Below are positions 48,012-61,619 of a DNA stretch of 64,000 bases, in pieces. A program made the position numbers and the translations under genes. A model generated the notes under the pieces. The model made no database searches, was not told where the DNA came from, and saw only the letters and a list, made by a program, of their open reading frames with translations. Each line of letters begins with the position of its first letter. The stretch's first letter is position 1. The DNA is taken from assembly GCF_035084215.1 (NCBI RefSeq), contig NC_090352.1:26412001-26476000 (forward strand), in the 5' to 3' direction. This DNA comes from Heptranchias perlo (lineage: Eukaryota).

Positions 48012-50075
48012 GACCATAAGAGATAGGAGCAGGAGTAGGCCACTCGGCCCCTCGAGCCTGCTCCGCCATTCAATGAGATCATGGCTGATCTGATTTTCAC
48101 CTCAACTCCTCTTTCCTGCCTTTTCCCCATACCCTTTGACTCCCTTGCTGATCAAAAATGTGTCTAACTCAGCCTTGAATGTATTCAATGACTCAGCCTC
48201 CACAGCTTTTTGGGGTAAAGAATTCCAAAGATTCACAACCCTCTGGGAGAAGAAATTCCTCCTAATTTCTGTCTTAAACGGGCGACCCCTTATTTTGAGA
48301 CTATGCCCCCTAGTTTTAGATTCCCCCATGAGGGGTAACATCCTCTCAGCATCTACCCTATCGAGTCCCCTCAGAATTTTGTGTGTTTCAATAAGATCTC
48401 CTCTCATTCTTCTAAACTCCAATGAGTATAGACCCAACCTGTTCAATCTTTCCTCATAAGGCAACCCTTCCATTCCCGGAATCAACCTAGTGAACCTTCT
48501 CTGAACTGCCTCCAATGCAAGTATGTCCTTCCTTAAATAAGGGCACCAGAACTGTACGCAGTACTCCAGGTGTGGTCTCACCAGCACCCTGTACAGTTGT
48601 AGCATGACTTCCCTGCTTTTATACTCCATCCCCCTAGAAATAAAGGCCAATATTCCGTTTGCCTTCTGGATTACCTGCTTCACCTGTATGTTGACTTTTT
48701 GTGTTTCATGTACGAGAACACCCAGATCCCTCTGTACCACAGCATTTTGCAGTATTTCTCCATTCAAATAATACTTTGCTTTTTTATTTTTCCTCCCAAA
48801 GTGGATGACTTCACATTTTCCCACATTATATTCCATCTGCCATATTTTTGCCCATTCACTTAACCTGTCAATATCCCTTTGCAGACATTTGTGTCCTCAT
48901 CGTAACTTGCTTTTCCACCAATCTTTGTATCATCAGCAAATTTAGCCACAAGACACTCTGTTCCTTCATCCAAGTCATTGATGTGTATTGTAAATAGTTG
49001 AGGCCCCAGCACCGAGCCCTGCGGCACCCCACTAGTTACAGATTGCCATTTTGAAAATGACCCTTTTATCCTGACTTTGTTTTCTGTTAGTTAGCCAATC
49101 CTCTATCTATGCCAGTACATTACCCCCAACACCATGAGCTCTTATCTTGTGCAGTAATCTTTTATGTGGCACCTTATCGAATGCCTTTTGGAAATCCCAA
49201 ATATACTGCATCCATTGGTTTCCCTTTATCCACCCTGTCCGTTACTTCCTCAAAGAACTCTAATAAATTTGTCAGACACTATTTCCCCTTCATAAAACCA
49301 TGTTGACTCTCCTTGATTGTATTCTGAGTCTCCAAATGCCCTGCTACTACTTCCTTAATAATGGATTCTAGCATTTTCCCAATGACAGGTGTTAGGCTAA
49401 CTGGTCTATAGTTACCTGCTTTCTGTCTCACTCCCTTCTTGAATAGGGGTGTTACGTTTGTGGTTTTCCAATCCACTGGGACCTTTCCAGAACCTAGTGA
49501 ATTCTGGAAGATTACAACCAATGCATCCCCTATCTTTGTAGCCACTTCCTTTAAGACCCTCTGATCCAAGCCATCAGGGGACTTGTCAGCCTTTAGACCC
49601 ATTAGTTTACTTAGTACTTTTTCTCAAGTGAGAGTGATGGTTTTTAGTTCCTCCCTCCCCTTTGCCCCTAGATTTCCTACTATTATTGGTATATTATTAG
49701 TGTCTTCTACTGTGAAGACAGATACAAAATATCTGTTCAATTCCTCTGCCATTTCCTTGTTTTCCATTATTATTTCCCCAGTCTCATCTCTAAGGGACCA
49801 ATGTTTACTTTAGCTACCCTCTTCCTTTTTATATACTTGTAGAAGCTTTTACTGTCAGTTTTTATATTTCTTGCTAGTTTACTCTCATAATTTATTTTCT
49901 CCCCCTTTATTATTCTTTTAGTCATTCTTTGCTGGTTTTTAAAGTTTTCCCAATCTTCGGGCTTACCAGTAATCTTTGCCATGTTGTATGCTTTTTCTTT
50001 TAACCTGATACTTCCTTTACTTCTGTAGTTAGCCATGGTTGGTTCACCCTTTTTGTGGAGTCTTTCCTCCTAACA
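48012..50075 (-). mobile_element. CR1 LINE, about 2 kb, antisense to BLMH
   Basis: - strand ORFs 49770-50036, 49279-49602 (NYRPVSLT) and 48102-48836. Confidence 0.92.
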
Positions 50076-53000
50076 GGGAAAGTGGCAGAAGACAGAAAAA
50101 ACATACCAGTGACATTGGTGAACCAAGGGTCTAATGAGAGTGAGGAACTTAAAATAATTAATATTAGTAAAGAAAAAGTACTGGAGAAATTAATGGGACT
50201 AAAAGCCAACAAGCCCCCTGGATCTGATGGCCGAAATCCTAGGGTTCTAAAAGAGATGGCTGCAGAGATGGTGGACGCATTGGTTGTGATCTTCCAAAGT
50301 TCCCTAGATTCTAGAATGGACCCAGTGGATAGGAACGTAGCAAATGTAATGCTGCTATTCAAGAAAGGAGGTAGATAGAAAACAGGGAACTACAGGCCTG
50401 TTAGCCTGACATCAGTCGTTGGGAAAATGCTGGAATCTATTATTAAGGATATGGTAACGGGACACTTAGAAAATCATATGATTAGGCAAAGTCAACATGG
50501 TTTTATGAAAGGGAAATCGTGTTTGACAAATTTATTAGTTTATTAGGCTATTGAAGGAAGCCAGGGAGGAAATAGCGGATGCTCTGAGGATCATTTTCCA
50601 ATCCTCATAGATAAGGGAGGTACCGGAAGACTGCAAACGTAGTACCATTGTTTAAAAAGGGTATGAGGGAAAGGCCGAACAATTATAGGCCGGTCAGTCT
50701 TACCTCGGTGGTGGGCAAACTATTAGAATCATTACTGAGAGATAGGATAAACTGTCACTTGGAAAGGCATGGTTTAATTGGGGATAGTCAACATGGATTT
50801 GTTCAGGGAAGGTCATGCCTTACAAATCTGATTAAATTCTTTGTGGAAGTGACAAGGAGGATTAATTAGGATAGTGCAGTGGATGTTGTCTACATGGATT
50901 TTAGTAAGGCATTTGACAAGGTCCCACATGGCAGACTGGTCAGAAAGGTAAAAGCCCATGGGATACAGGGAAATGTGGCAAATTGGATCCAAAATTAGCT
51001 CAGTAACAGGAAACAAAGGGTAAAAGTCGATGGATGTCTTTGCAAATGGAAATCCATTTCCAGTGGTGTGCCACAGGGCTCAGTGTTGGGCCCCTTGCTG
51101 TTTGTGGTATATATTAATGATTTGGACTTGAATGTAGGGGGCATGATTGGCAAATTTGCAGACAACACAAAAATTGGCCAAGTAATTGATAGTGAAGAGG
51201 ATAGCTGTAGACTCCAAGAAGATATCAATGGGTTGGTGGAGTGGGCGGAAAAGTGGCAAATGGAGTTCAACCCGGAGAAGTGTGAGGTAATGCACTTAGA
51301 GAGGCCAAACAGTAAAAGGGAATACACAGTAAATGGGAATATATTGAGGGGTAGAGGAAGTGAGAGACCTTGGAGTGCATGTGCACAGGTCCCTGAAGGC
51401 GGCAGTACAGGTAGATAAGGTTGTGAAGAAGGCATACGGAATGCTCTCTGTTATTAGCCAAGGGGTCAAAATCCTCGAACTCCCTTCCTAACAGCACTGT
51501 GGGAGAACCGTCACCACACGGACTGCAGCGGTTCAAGAAGGCGGCTCACCACCACCTTCTCAAGGGCAATGAGGGATGGGCAATAAATGCTGGCCTCGCC
51601 AGCGACGCCCACATCCCGTGAACGAATTAAAAAAAAAGAATACAAAAGCAGGGATGTAATGATAGAACTGTATAAAACGCTGGTAAGGCCACAGCTGGAG
51701 TATTGTGCGCAGTTCTGGTCACGACATTACAGGAAGGATGTAATTGCTCTGGAGAGAGTGCAGAGAAGATTTACAAGAATGTTGCCAGGGCTTGAAAATT
51801 GCAGCTACGAGGAGAGATTGGATAGGCTGGGATTGTTTTCCTTGGGGCAGAGGAGGCTGAGGGGTAACTTGATTGAGGTGTACAAAATTATGAGGAGCCC
51901 AGATAGAGTAGACAGGAAGTATCTGTTTCCCCTAGCAGAGAGTTCAAGAACTGGAGGACATAGATTTAATCTGATTGGCGGAAGGATTAGAGGGGATATG
52001 AGGAAAAACCTTTTTACCCAGAGGGTGGTGGGTGTATGGAATTCGCTGCCCGAATTGGTGGTAGAGGCAGGGACCCTCAATTCTTTTAAAAACTACCTGG
52101 ACCTGCACCTAAAGTGCCGTAAGCAACAGGGCTACGGACCGGGTGCTGGAAGGTGGGATTAGAATGGGCACCTGGTTGTTCTTCGAGCCGGCGCAGACAC
52201 GATGGGCCGAATGGCCCCCTTCTGTGCTGTATCTTTTCTATGGTTCTATGGAACCAATGGATGTAGTATATTTTGGATTTTCAAAAGGCATTGATAAGGT
52301 GCCACACAAAAGATTGTTACACAAGATAAGGGCTTATGAGGTTGGGGGTAATATATTGTCATGGATTGAGGATTGGTTAACGGACAGAAAACAGAGAGTA
52401 GGAATAAACGGGTCATTTTCAGGTTGTCAGGTTGTAACTAATGGGGTGCCGCAAGGATCAGTGCTTGGGCCTCAGCTATTTATGATATATATTAATAACT
52501 TGGATGAAGGGACCAAGTGTAATGTATCCAAGTTTGCTGACGATACAAGCTAGGTGGGAAAGTAAACTGTGAGGAGGACACAGAGTCTGCAAAGGGACAT
52601 AAACAGGTTAAGTGACTGGGCAAGAAGGTGGCAGATGGAGTATAATGTGGGGAAATGTGAGGTTATTCACTTTGGTAGGAAGAATAGAAGAACAGAATAT
52701 TTTTTAAACGGTGAAAAACGATCAAATGTTGATGTTCAGTGGATTTGTGTGTCCTTGTACATGAAGCACAGAAAGTTAACATGCAGGTACAGCAAGCAAT
52801 TCGGAAGGCAAATGGTGTGTTGGCCTTTACTGCAAGGGGGTTAGAGTACAAGAGTAAGGACAGTTTGGTCTCCTTACCTAAAGAAGGATATACTCGCCTT
52901 AGAGATGGTACAACAAAGGTTCACTAGATTTATTCCTGGGATGAGAGGGTTGTCCTATGAGGAGAGATTGAGTAGAATGGGCCTATACTCTATAATTTAT

Positions 53001-53395
53001 AAGAATGAGAGATGATCTCATTTAAACATATAAGATTCTGAGAGGGCTTGACACTGTAGTTGCTGAGAGGCTGTTTCCCCTGGCTGGAGAGTCTCGAACT
53101 AGGGGGCATAGTTGCAAGATAAATGGTCGGCCATTTAGGTCTGAGAGGAGAAATTTCTTCACTCAGAAGGTTGTGAATCTTTGGAATTCTCTATCCCAGA
53201 GGGCTGTGGATGCTCAGTCATTCAGTATATTGAAGACTGAGATCGATAGACGTTTGGATACTGAGGGTATCAAAGGATATGGGGATGAGGCGGGAAAGTG
53301 GAGTTGAGGTCGAAGATCAGCCATGATCTTATTGAATGGTGGAGCAGGCTCGAGGGGTCGTGTGGCCTACTCCTGCTCCTATTTCTTATGTTCTT
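50076..53395 (+). mobile_element. CR1 LINE split by a nested CR1 (about 50545-52250), which itself contains a second-family LINE tail (about 51460-51638)
   Basis: Outer RT stops at ...SCLTNLL (about 50537) and resumes EPMDVVY (about 52251); the inner copy has its own NYRPVSLT, QGSVLGP and 3' tail. Confidence 0.85.
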
Positions 53396-53550
53396 AAATT
53401 TTTAAATTATCGATTTAAATAAGAGACCTCAATTTTTGAGCTTCACTGAGTAAAAGGAGGAAACAAAACTGGTGACAATATAAGGAAGCTTTTTTTTAAA
53501 ATAAAAAAAAATTTCAGGACGAAAATAAAATCTTTTTCTCTACCTTGTAG

Positions 53551-53639
53551 AAAAATACGGAATTATGCCGAAGAAGTGTTTTCCTGAATCTCATAGTTCC
53601 GAAGCCAGCAAGGCTATGAATGATGTGTTGAATCACAAG
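53551..53639 (+). CDS. BLMH: Bleomycin hydrolase exon 5
   Basis: 89 nt, tag/gtatga flanks. Translates EKYGIMPKKCFPESHSSEASKAMNDVLNHK. Confidence 0.96.
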
Positions 53640-54237
53640 GTATGAATAAGTTAAACAACTGTTGAAATGAAATCATTTTGATTTGCCTGTATGTTTCCTA
53701 ACAATTGTATTCTGAACTGAAGTCTTGGGAAATAATGTAAATGTCAGCCCAATGAAGGCCTACGTGGCTTGTGATCAAGATCAGCAAACCTTTGGAAAAT
53801 TTCATCCAGCCTATTTACAAACTTAAAATTTTAGTCTGTCACATTACAATGAGTCTTGATCTGAACACAGTGAGGATATTTGGAGGATGGTGTATTTAAA
53901 GCTTAGGGAAACAAGAGATAAGTGCTGAGGATCATATCAGATTGACCAAATGGGAAGTCACAAGAAAGGTGAAGGGGTGGAGGGTGGTGTTGGCGGGAAA
54001 GAGAGGTTGCAGTTTATAGCTAGATTGACAGTCGGCTGATGAGCTTTATCTTGTTTCCTGTCCAGACATGAGAGGTGCTAGAAAAGCCTACCCAGATAGG
54101 GTCAATATTGAAGTATTCGACAGACTTGGGCTTTGTCGAGAGTTAAGAGTTACAATGGGGAGCGAGTGTTTGGCACAAAGGAGTTTGAGAAATTTGCAGG
54201 TTAAAAAGTAACTAAAATTGAGCAGTACAAATACAGT

Positions 54238-54510
54238 CCAAGGGATATGGAGCTAACACTGGTAAATGGAGTTGAGGTACAGATCAGTCAAAATCCTGGA
54301 ACTCCCTACATAACAGCACTGTGGGAGAGCCTTCACCACACGGTTCAAGAAGGCGGCTCACCACCACCTTCTCAAGGGCAATTAGGGATGGGCAATAAAT
54401 GCTGGCCTTGCCACCGACACCCACATCCCATGAATGAATAAAAAAAAAGTCATGGTCTAATTGAATGGTGGAGCAGGCTCGAGGGGACGAGTGAACTACT
54501 CATGTTCCTG
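54238..54510 (+). mobile_element. CR1 3' UTR fragment interrupted by a second-family LINE tail (about 54287-54448)
   Basis: ...gtacagatcag[tcaaaatcctggaac...catgaatgaataaaaaaaa]gtcatggtctaattgaatggtggagc. Confidence 0.7.
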
Positions 54511-54630
54511 TGATCCCAAATGGACATCAGAAGAAAAGCAGAGATCAAATCTGAATCTTCTTATTTAGTTTGTTAATATTTGTGTTAACTATTGAAATTG
54601 CATAATTTTTCTTTCCTTTCTGATGCCTAG

Positions 54631-54723
54631 TTGCGAGAATATTGTTTGCGTCTAAGAAAGATGGTGAAAAATGGGTCATCTAATGAGGAACTCTCAGCTG
54701 AAAAGGATAACATGATTGAGGAG
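54631..54723 (+). CDS. BLMH: Bleomycin hydrolase exon 6; gene continues beyond the window
   Basis: 93 nt, ctag/gtgagc flanks. Translates LREYCLRLRKMVKNGSSNEELSAEKDNMIEE. Confidence 0.95.
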
Positions 54724-56979
54724 GTGAGCTTTTAATAAATGCTGGTAATTCAATATATTTTAGAATTTGCAACCTTGGAGTGAATTTAGAGCCCTATATC
54801 TAATATTACAATTAATGTGACATTGCAGCATTAGGCCTGACATCCTGCCAGCAACATTACACACAATCCAATGTGCTCAATGCTCTACAAGTGACATTCC
54901 CTGACAGAAGGCACTGATGTTGACGACATGCTCCAAGAACTGCCCCTCCCACAATCTCATTATCTGTGTGTCCTTTTCCAGAACTCAATGTTGAGAGAGA
55001 GTCAGTTACTTACTAATGGTGGCAGAGCTTACCCATACTGCTAAGTAACAGTGGAACTGCTCTGTAATCTATTATGACTATTACACCACTCAAGATGTAC
55101 ATAAATAAACTGTGTATAAACATCAGATATCCTCTAATACCTATGACCTACCTATCTCTTATTTCTGCACCTCTTCACCTGTGCATTTCATCATCTCTGA
55201 TAAAAAGAACAATAGCAGGTAGGTGTTAGTTAACTATCAGGTGTTGATTATCTAGCATCTGCTGATGTCACTTCCAGCTTTACTTGGGTAATACATCCAT
55301 TTGGTACATAATTTAAAATGGTGACTTTTCTTGTTCATTTCTTGTACACTGTAATTTTACCTAAGAGCATGGGTAAGCATCACCTTTTATCCTAATGAAC
55401 TGTAGCTTTCCATTTCATGCCTTCCTATCTACCTTCTACCAAGTTGTCCTGCTGGATCTTTCTCTTGCTGGTTCTCTTTAAAGAAACTTGAAGGGAACCT
55501 GCTGATTCCTTCTCGGAAACTGTACAATACAATAGTACAATTTCTTTTGTTGTTTGCACTATTTTTTGTGATCTATTTTGTGCCCAATTTGTTGTGTGCA
55601 ACTTGGCTTGACTGTATGTACCATCTTATTAGTAATCGATACATAAGCAGAAACATAGGGGGTGAATTGAATAGTGTCGGCCTCCCGATGCAAACTGGGC
55701 ACAGGGCACGATCCCTGTGCCAGATGGGTAGGGCAGATGTACGCTCAATATTGGGTATCAAAGTACACTTCCCAATTTCCTCCCATTTGTGGGGGTGGGG
55801 GGGGGGGAATATCCATTCTATCCTAACAAATTACTTCATGCTTCTTTCTCTATTGTAGAGAGTTCATAAAAATTCTCACTATAATATCCATTTTGTATGA
55901 TTCCAAAGGTAGGGTAGATCCAGGGTAATGCTTACTCACTTATTCACATTGGAACCATTTGATAAACGGAAACTTAATTGTGCTTGACCTAATATAGAAT
56001 TTTCTTATACATAAAAGGGAATTAGGGGTTACGGGGAGCGGGCAGGAAATTGGACACGAATTTAGATTTGAGGTTAGGATCAGATCAGCCATGATCTTAT
56101 TAAATGGCGGAGCAGGCTCAAAGGGCCAATTGGCCTACTCCTGCTCCTATTTCTTATGTTCTAATAATGATCTGAAGTCATAACCATTCTTACTTTACCA
56201 GAACATGACTGCAGGATCAATGTATTAACAGTTTCAGGCAGAAGGCCGTGGATCTATCTAGCCCACCTACCCATGGTATTTCCTCAGTGCATTTCTTATA
56301 ACCTTGAATTACATTTTTTGACAAAGACCTGTCTAGTTCCTTCTTGAAACCCATTAAAGTTTCTTGTTTCACCACCCATCTGTTCCACACATTTACCACC
56401 CTTTTAGTTTTTTTAAAAAAAAGTTGCTCCTACATTTCCTATTTTCTTTTGTTTTCCTTATGAATGTCGCAAAATTGAGCTGATTTCTTACTGAATTTAT
56501 TGGCTGTGAAAAATGCAAAAATAATTCTCGGAGATTACTAATGGGAACCGTACCAGGTTGAAAGAAGTGTTATTTTGGGGGAAGTGTGTACTTTCTTGCT
56601 TTCTTATATCCCTACTCTCCTTGGATCTTTTTGCAAATTATATTGCACAGTTCAAGTCAGCCCAAAGTGGTGTTGGCTTCGTGTCGACACAAACTGCAGT
56701 GTAATCCAAGTGTGAAATCACCCAGCACAGAGTTGACTGAGGATGCATAACTGTTGCAGTACTGGATATGAATTTAGAGCACAGTGAGCCAAGAACGTAA
56801 ACACAATCTGGTGATAAATTTGAGTAGACTGTAAGTATCAGAATAAAACTAGAGTTGGTTCCAATTAAGGTCACGTTATTTCTTCTGTACAGACTTGATT
56901 TTATGAAACAATCTGTACTCTATTAATCCGGTAGCTCGGTAGTGATCACTGTTTTTCCTGCTGTAGTTTTCAGAACTAA

Positions 56980-56992
56980 CCAGTAGGTGGCA
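56980..56992 (+). promoter_or_regulatory. CTCF consensus-like site
   Basis: CCAGTAGGTGGCA fits CCASYAGRKGGCR exactly, in apparently non-repeat intronic DNA. Confidence 0.4.
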
Positions 56993-57959
56993 GAGTGAGA
57001 TAAATTAATGTGCTCACTGATGTACACTATTACAGACAGTGTACAAACATAGAATGAAAATCTAAATGTGAGACTTCTTGTAGGAATGGGGGGAAATTTT
57101 CTGTAATGATTAACCCTCTTTCCTCACTTGTACATCAAGGGATGTGGAGCTAAGGCAGGTAAATGGAGTTGAGGAACAGATCAGCCATGATCTCATTGAT
57201 TGGTGGAGTAAGCTCAAGGGGCTGAATGGCCATCTCCTGTTCCTACATCTACATTTTTAACTCCTAGCAGTTCTCTTCAGCCTGATGTTTCAAGTCTTGG
57301 CGTTACTCGCTGTACTTTCTGCATCTTACAAAGCAATTAAGGTCCATCAGGATGAGTGAAAAAAGAATATCAGCCTTCCTGCAGTCACAGTGACCCCTGA
57401 AATAACCTGGAATCATGGTGGAGTGCTAAAAAAGAATGGTTATGAACTTCAAAGCAATATTGGACATGTTTGTGAGTGCAATGGTACAGTTTCATGGCCT
57501 GCCATGTGTAGCAAAGACTGACTGAAGTCAGCTCGTATCAGTGCATCAACTGAGGTTTATTGGTCCAGGTCAATTCCGCTGAATGAAATGTGTATATCAT
57601 GGTCGTACTCCACATAAGCATTATTCTCTCCTCCCTTCCATATATCTTTCAGATTGAGTTCCAAGTGCTGTTAGTAGTAAACACTGCAGGCTGTCTTGTT
57701 ACTTTACCGGTCCTGAGACTACCCATTACATGGGCGCATCACTATTTAGAAAAGTCAGACAGCCTTGACCATCAGCTAGTTCTCCTCTAGTGGTTTCATG
57801 GAGCAACATTAGCACCAAGGGACCTTGTGTGCCACAATACTGCTGTTTTCAGTTGAAGTTGCATCATCCAGTAGAAGTTCTGTGGGGAAGGTAAAGGGAA
57901 AAAATTGTGGGGGGGAGTAAAATTTCATCTTGGTCAAGAAATACAACGCCACAATGTGA

Positions 57960-58278
57960 TTTGTGGGATATGGTCGCCTGATGGTTACAGTACTGGGCTA
58001 GCAACTCAAAGACCACAAGTTCCGATCCCACCATCGCAAGATGTGAAATTGAATTCAATACATCTGATAATTTGTGAACTTTGAAAGCTGCTGGATTGTC
58101 ACAAAAATTCAACTGAATAACTAATAGCTGGTTTGACCTAAATGTGACTCCAGTCCTGCACTCCATGGGGGACTCTTGATGCTCTCCGAAGTGGCCTAGT
58201 AAGCTTTCAGTTGTAAAACAAGCTCACCGCCCTACAGGGGCATCTAGGAATGTCACCCGCATCCCATGAACAAATAAG
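57960..58278 (+). mobile_element. Decayed tRNA-derived SINE with tail resembling the second LINE family
   Basis: Box A/B-like tggtcgcctgatgg and agttccgatccc; tail gctcaccgccc...catcccatgaacaaataa. Confidence 0.5.
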
Positions 58279-60139
58279 GTAAAAGAAAAACAGATTAACG
58301 CTATAATAACTATTAGTTAAGTATTTTGTGCGTTACCCAGAGACTGGTGGCGAATATATTTATAGCGATTGCATTGGTGTGTGCAATTAGTAAATGGCAA
58401 ATTACAAAAATAAAACTTTAACCTGACCTAGAATTTCAAAGTGACAATGATTGAGTTCCACCTCTTCTATGTCCTGAGGAGAATGGAAGAAATCTGATGT
58501 GGTCCATTTGAAGCCGAGTACTGTTCTATTATGGTTTAAATTTAGTACCCAAAAAAAACCAGATGGTGCTCGGTTTGTTGAAATTCTTAGAATTTTTCTG
58601 CTGCATAAAATGCATAGTGAAATTAAGCTGCAAACAGTAGCACAGACCCATAGGTTACAGCTTCTTGGCATCAGGTTACTCCATGCGTTCACCTCACACT
58701 TCCTGGCCAATTCATTGTATGTGGGAAAACAATTTTTATGGCTAAACACTTTAGTACAATTTAAGGTGTAATATGATAACATTTTGGGGTTATGAAACAA
58801 CAGCTTTGGTCTTGGAGCCTGATTTGGAATCCAGCTTAGATGGATGGGATGAAAGACTTCTTTTATATAATAGCTCTTAAAAACCCCAAGACGAAAGTGC
58901 TTTGAGAGGGAAATCCAGCATAAAGCCGCCCATAATTTGATACTAATTGGACAAGTTAATTCAGAGAGGTTTATAAAGATGGCGAGTGTGTGAAATGATT
59001 AATGTAGTAGGCATGCTCCTGATAATCTGACATCATGAAAGGAATTTCAGCATGAGGAATATTCCTTCACACAGAATCAAAGTAGTTTTTTCCACTTTCA
59101 ACTGATGGGCATTTAACAATTAGGGATGTGTACAGAGCCAAAACATTTCATTGTATTTTTGGAATAAACCTGAAAAATTATAACTTTTCACCTTTTTTTA
59201 ACATTGCAGAAATGCTACTGTGGCCCTCAAAAGATTAAAATACATTGATGGTAGAGTGCTTTGATACTGGCACTGAGTGTTATGGTTTGGGCTTTTTCTA
59301 ACAGCATCTCCTTGTGCAGATTGGCCAGTTACTGTAAGCAGACCATGTCTCTTAACACTAAAATCTGCATCTCTTATCCTCTGCCATAAGGAGTTAGTGC
59401 AGCTCAGGCCCAACACTTGGCTCTGATCACTCTCAATTGACTACTGGAGTTCACCGTGAAAAATTTCGCTCGCATGCATCCACCCACTTCATACAGGCTA
59501 AAATCTACTGATCAAGTTTAATCAGCTAGATGATTCACAGATGCAAAGATATAGACAAAACACTACATAACACGAGTAGTAATTTTCAATGCGTACATGT
59601 CTTTAAGAATCTGTGGTTCTTTATGCTCCTCTGACGAACTCTTGAAATGACAGTCCCAAGTAACATGTAAATAATTTACTTACAGAATTCTGTGCACTCT
59701 GTATCTCATGCTAGAATGACTGACCCCTGAAAGATTCCTGTGTTTTAAGGAAACTTCCCCCTTTTGAGGTTAAAAGCAATTTCTTTTAAGATTGACCTTG
59801 GCAAACAAAGAGTCTTAGCAATGTAAGATCTTGGTGGAAATGCAATAATGGCCTGAGTTAGTCTCCTCTCTCGCCTGCAGTTTTTAGGCACCTCAACCAG
59901 AATACTTACACATGATAAAAATTGGAAATTACATTAAGGCCATTGTAAAAGCAGCTAGAGGGGATGCTAGTGCCTGTCTTCCACATCGAGCACAACCCCA
60001 GTATAAACTTACCGCATTTGCTAAGACTAGACACCAAGAAGACTTGTTTTTACTGCTATTACACCCAGAGGAATGTATATACAATACTGCAGTCTGTTAA
60101 TAAACCTCAAGCTTCCTGTGAGCAAATCAGAAACTGATT

Positions 60140-60797
60140 TGACCAGAAACGTAACTGGACCAGCCACATAAATACTGTGGCTACAAGAGCAGGTCAGAGG
60201 CTGGGTACTCTGCGGCGAGTGACTCACCTCCTGACTCCTCAAAGCCTTTCCACCATCTACAAAGCACAAGTCAGGAGTGTGATGGAATACTCTCCACTTG
60301 CCTGGATGAGTACAGCTCCAACAACACTCAAGAAGCTCGACACCATCCAGGACAAAGCAGCCCGCTTGATTGGCACCCCATCCATCACCCTAAACATTCA
60401 CTCCCTCTACCACCGGCGCACTGTGGCTGCAGTGTACCATCCACAGGATGCACTGCAGCAACTCACCAAGGCTTCTTCGACAGCACCTTCCAAACCCGCG
60501 ACTTCTACCACCTAGAAGGACAAGGGCAGCAGGTACATGGGCACAACACCACCTGCACGTTCCCCTCCAAGTCACACACCATCCCGACTTGGAAATATAT
60601 CGCTGTTCCTTCATCGTCACTGGGTCAAAATCCAGGAACTCCCTATCTAACAACACGGTGGGAGAACCTTCACCACACGGACTGCAGCGGTTCAAGGCGG
60701 CGGCTCACCACCACCTTCTCGAGGGCAATTAGGGATGGGCAATAAATGCTGGCCTTGCCAGTGACGCCCATATCCCATGAACGAATTTTTAAAAAAT
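60140..60797 (+). mobile_element. Second LINE family, 3' fragment
   Basis: LSTIYKAQVRSVMEYSPLAWMSTAPTTLKKLDTIQDKAARLIG; 3' tail present. Confidence 0.88.
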
Positions 60798-61619
60798 CAT
60801 TAACTATGACAGGATTCAAAATCTTAACAATGCTGAGGACAATTTATTACTTCATGAGGAGAGTTAGCTAATTATGTGAATTTTGTGTTTGGGCCCCTTT
60901 TAAAACACAAATAACCAATCTGCTGAATGCTGCTAGGATTTTCTTCATGTATTTGCAATAGGTAGAACAAATTTCCCGATTTATGCCTGCTTAATGAAGG
61001 ATACTATTATGAAAAGAAAGTTGTCTGAAGACTAGGTTAATAGTCCCCTTTTGAGTGAAACAATGATGGTATTCAATAAACCTGAGCAGTATATATGTAT
61101 ATGAAATATGGACTACAGTTAGGAAAGTTTGGAGTTTTATGTTGTCTGCTTTATTTTATATTATCTGCTTTTATCAAGAGAAGTATTAATAAATCATGGA
61201 ATGTTCTGGGGAAAAAAAACTACAATTCCACAATGCTTAGAGGCAGCCATCAAACTGTCAAGATGATATCACTTGGCATTGGCCAAAGAGGGAGTGTGCT
61301 AAAGTGAGTTTGCTGGTTATTAGTGCTTGATGGTGGTCATGAACTTTATCTAGTTATATTCTATTTTAGTGGTCATTCAAATGGTTGTAGATTAAACCTT
61401 TTCTTGTTGTTGTTTGGGTCCCTTGTGCAAAGCCCAGGAGTTTCTTTCTGTGCCCCTCCCCCCAATACTATTAATGCTTCAGAATACTTAGTGACAGTTA
61501 CAGTGAGAGTTCCCATGGGTCCAGCTATGTGCTTGCTGATGGTGAAAAGGAGCATACAACCAATTTATTTTTAACTGCTTATGAAACGCATTTGTGAATG
61601 GATTGTTATTGTTATCCAA

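Noticed and set aside
48102-48836. Longest ORF (244 aa) as an active retrotransposon or host gene
   Set aside because: Only the C-terminal part of CR1 ORF2; the upstream RT is broken by stops and frameshifts.
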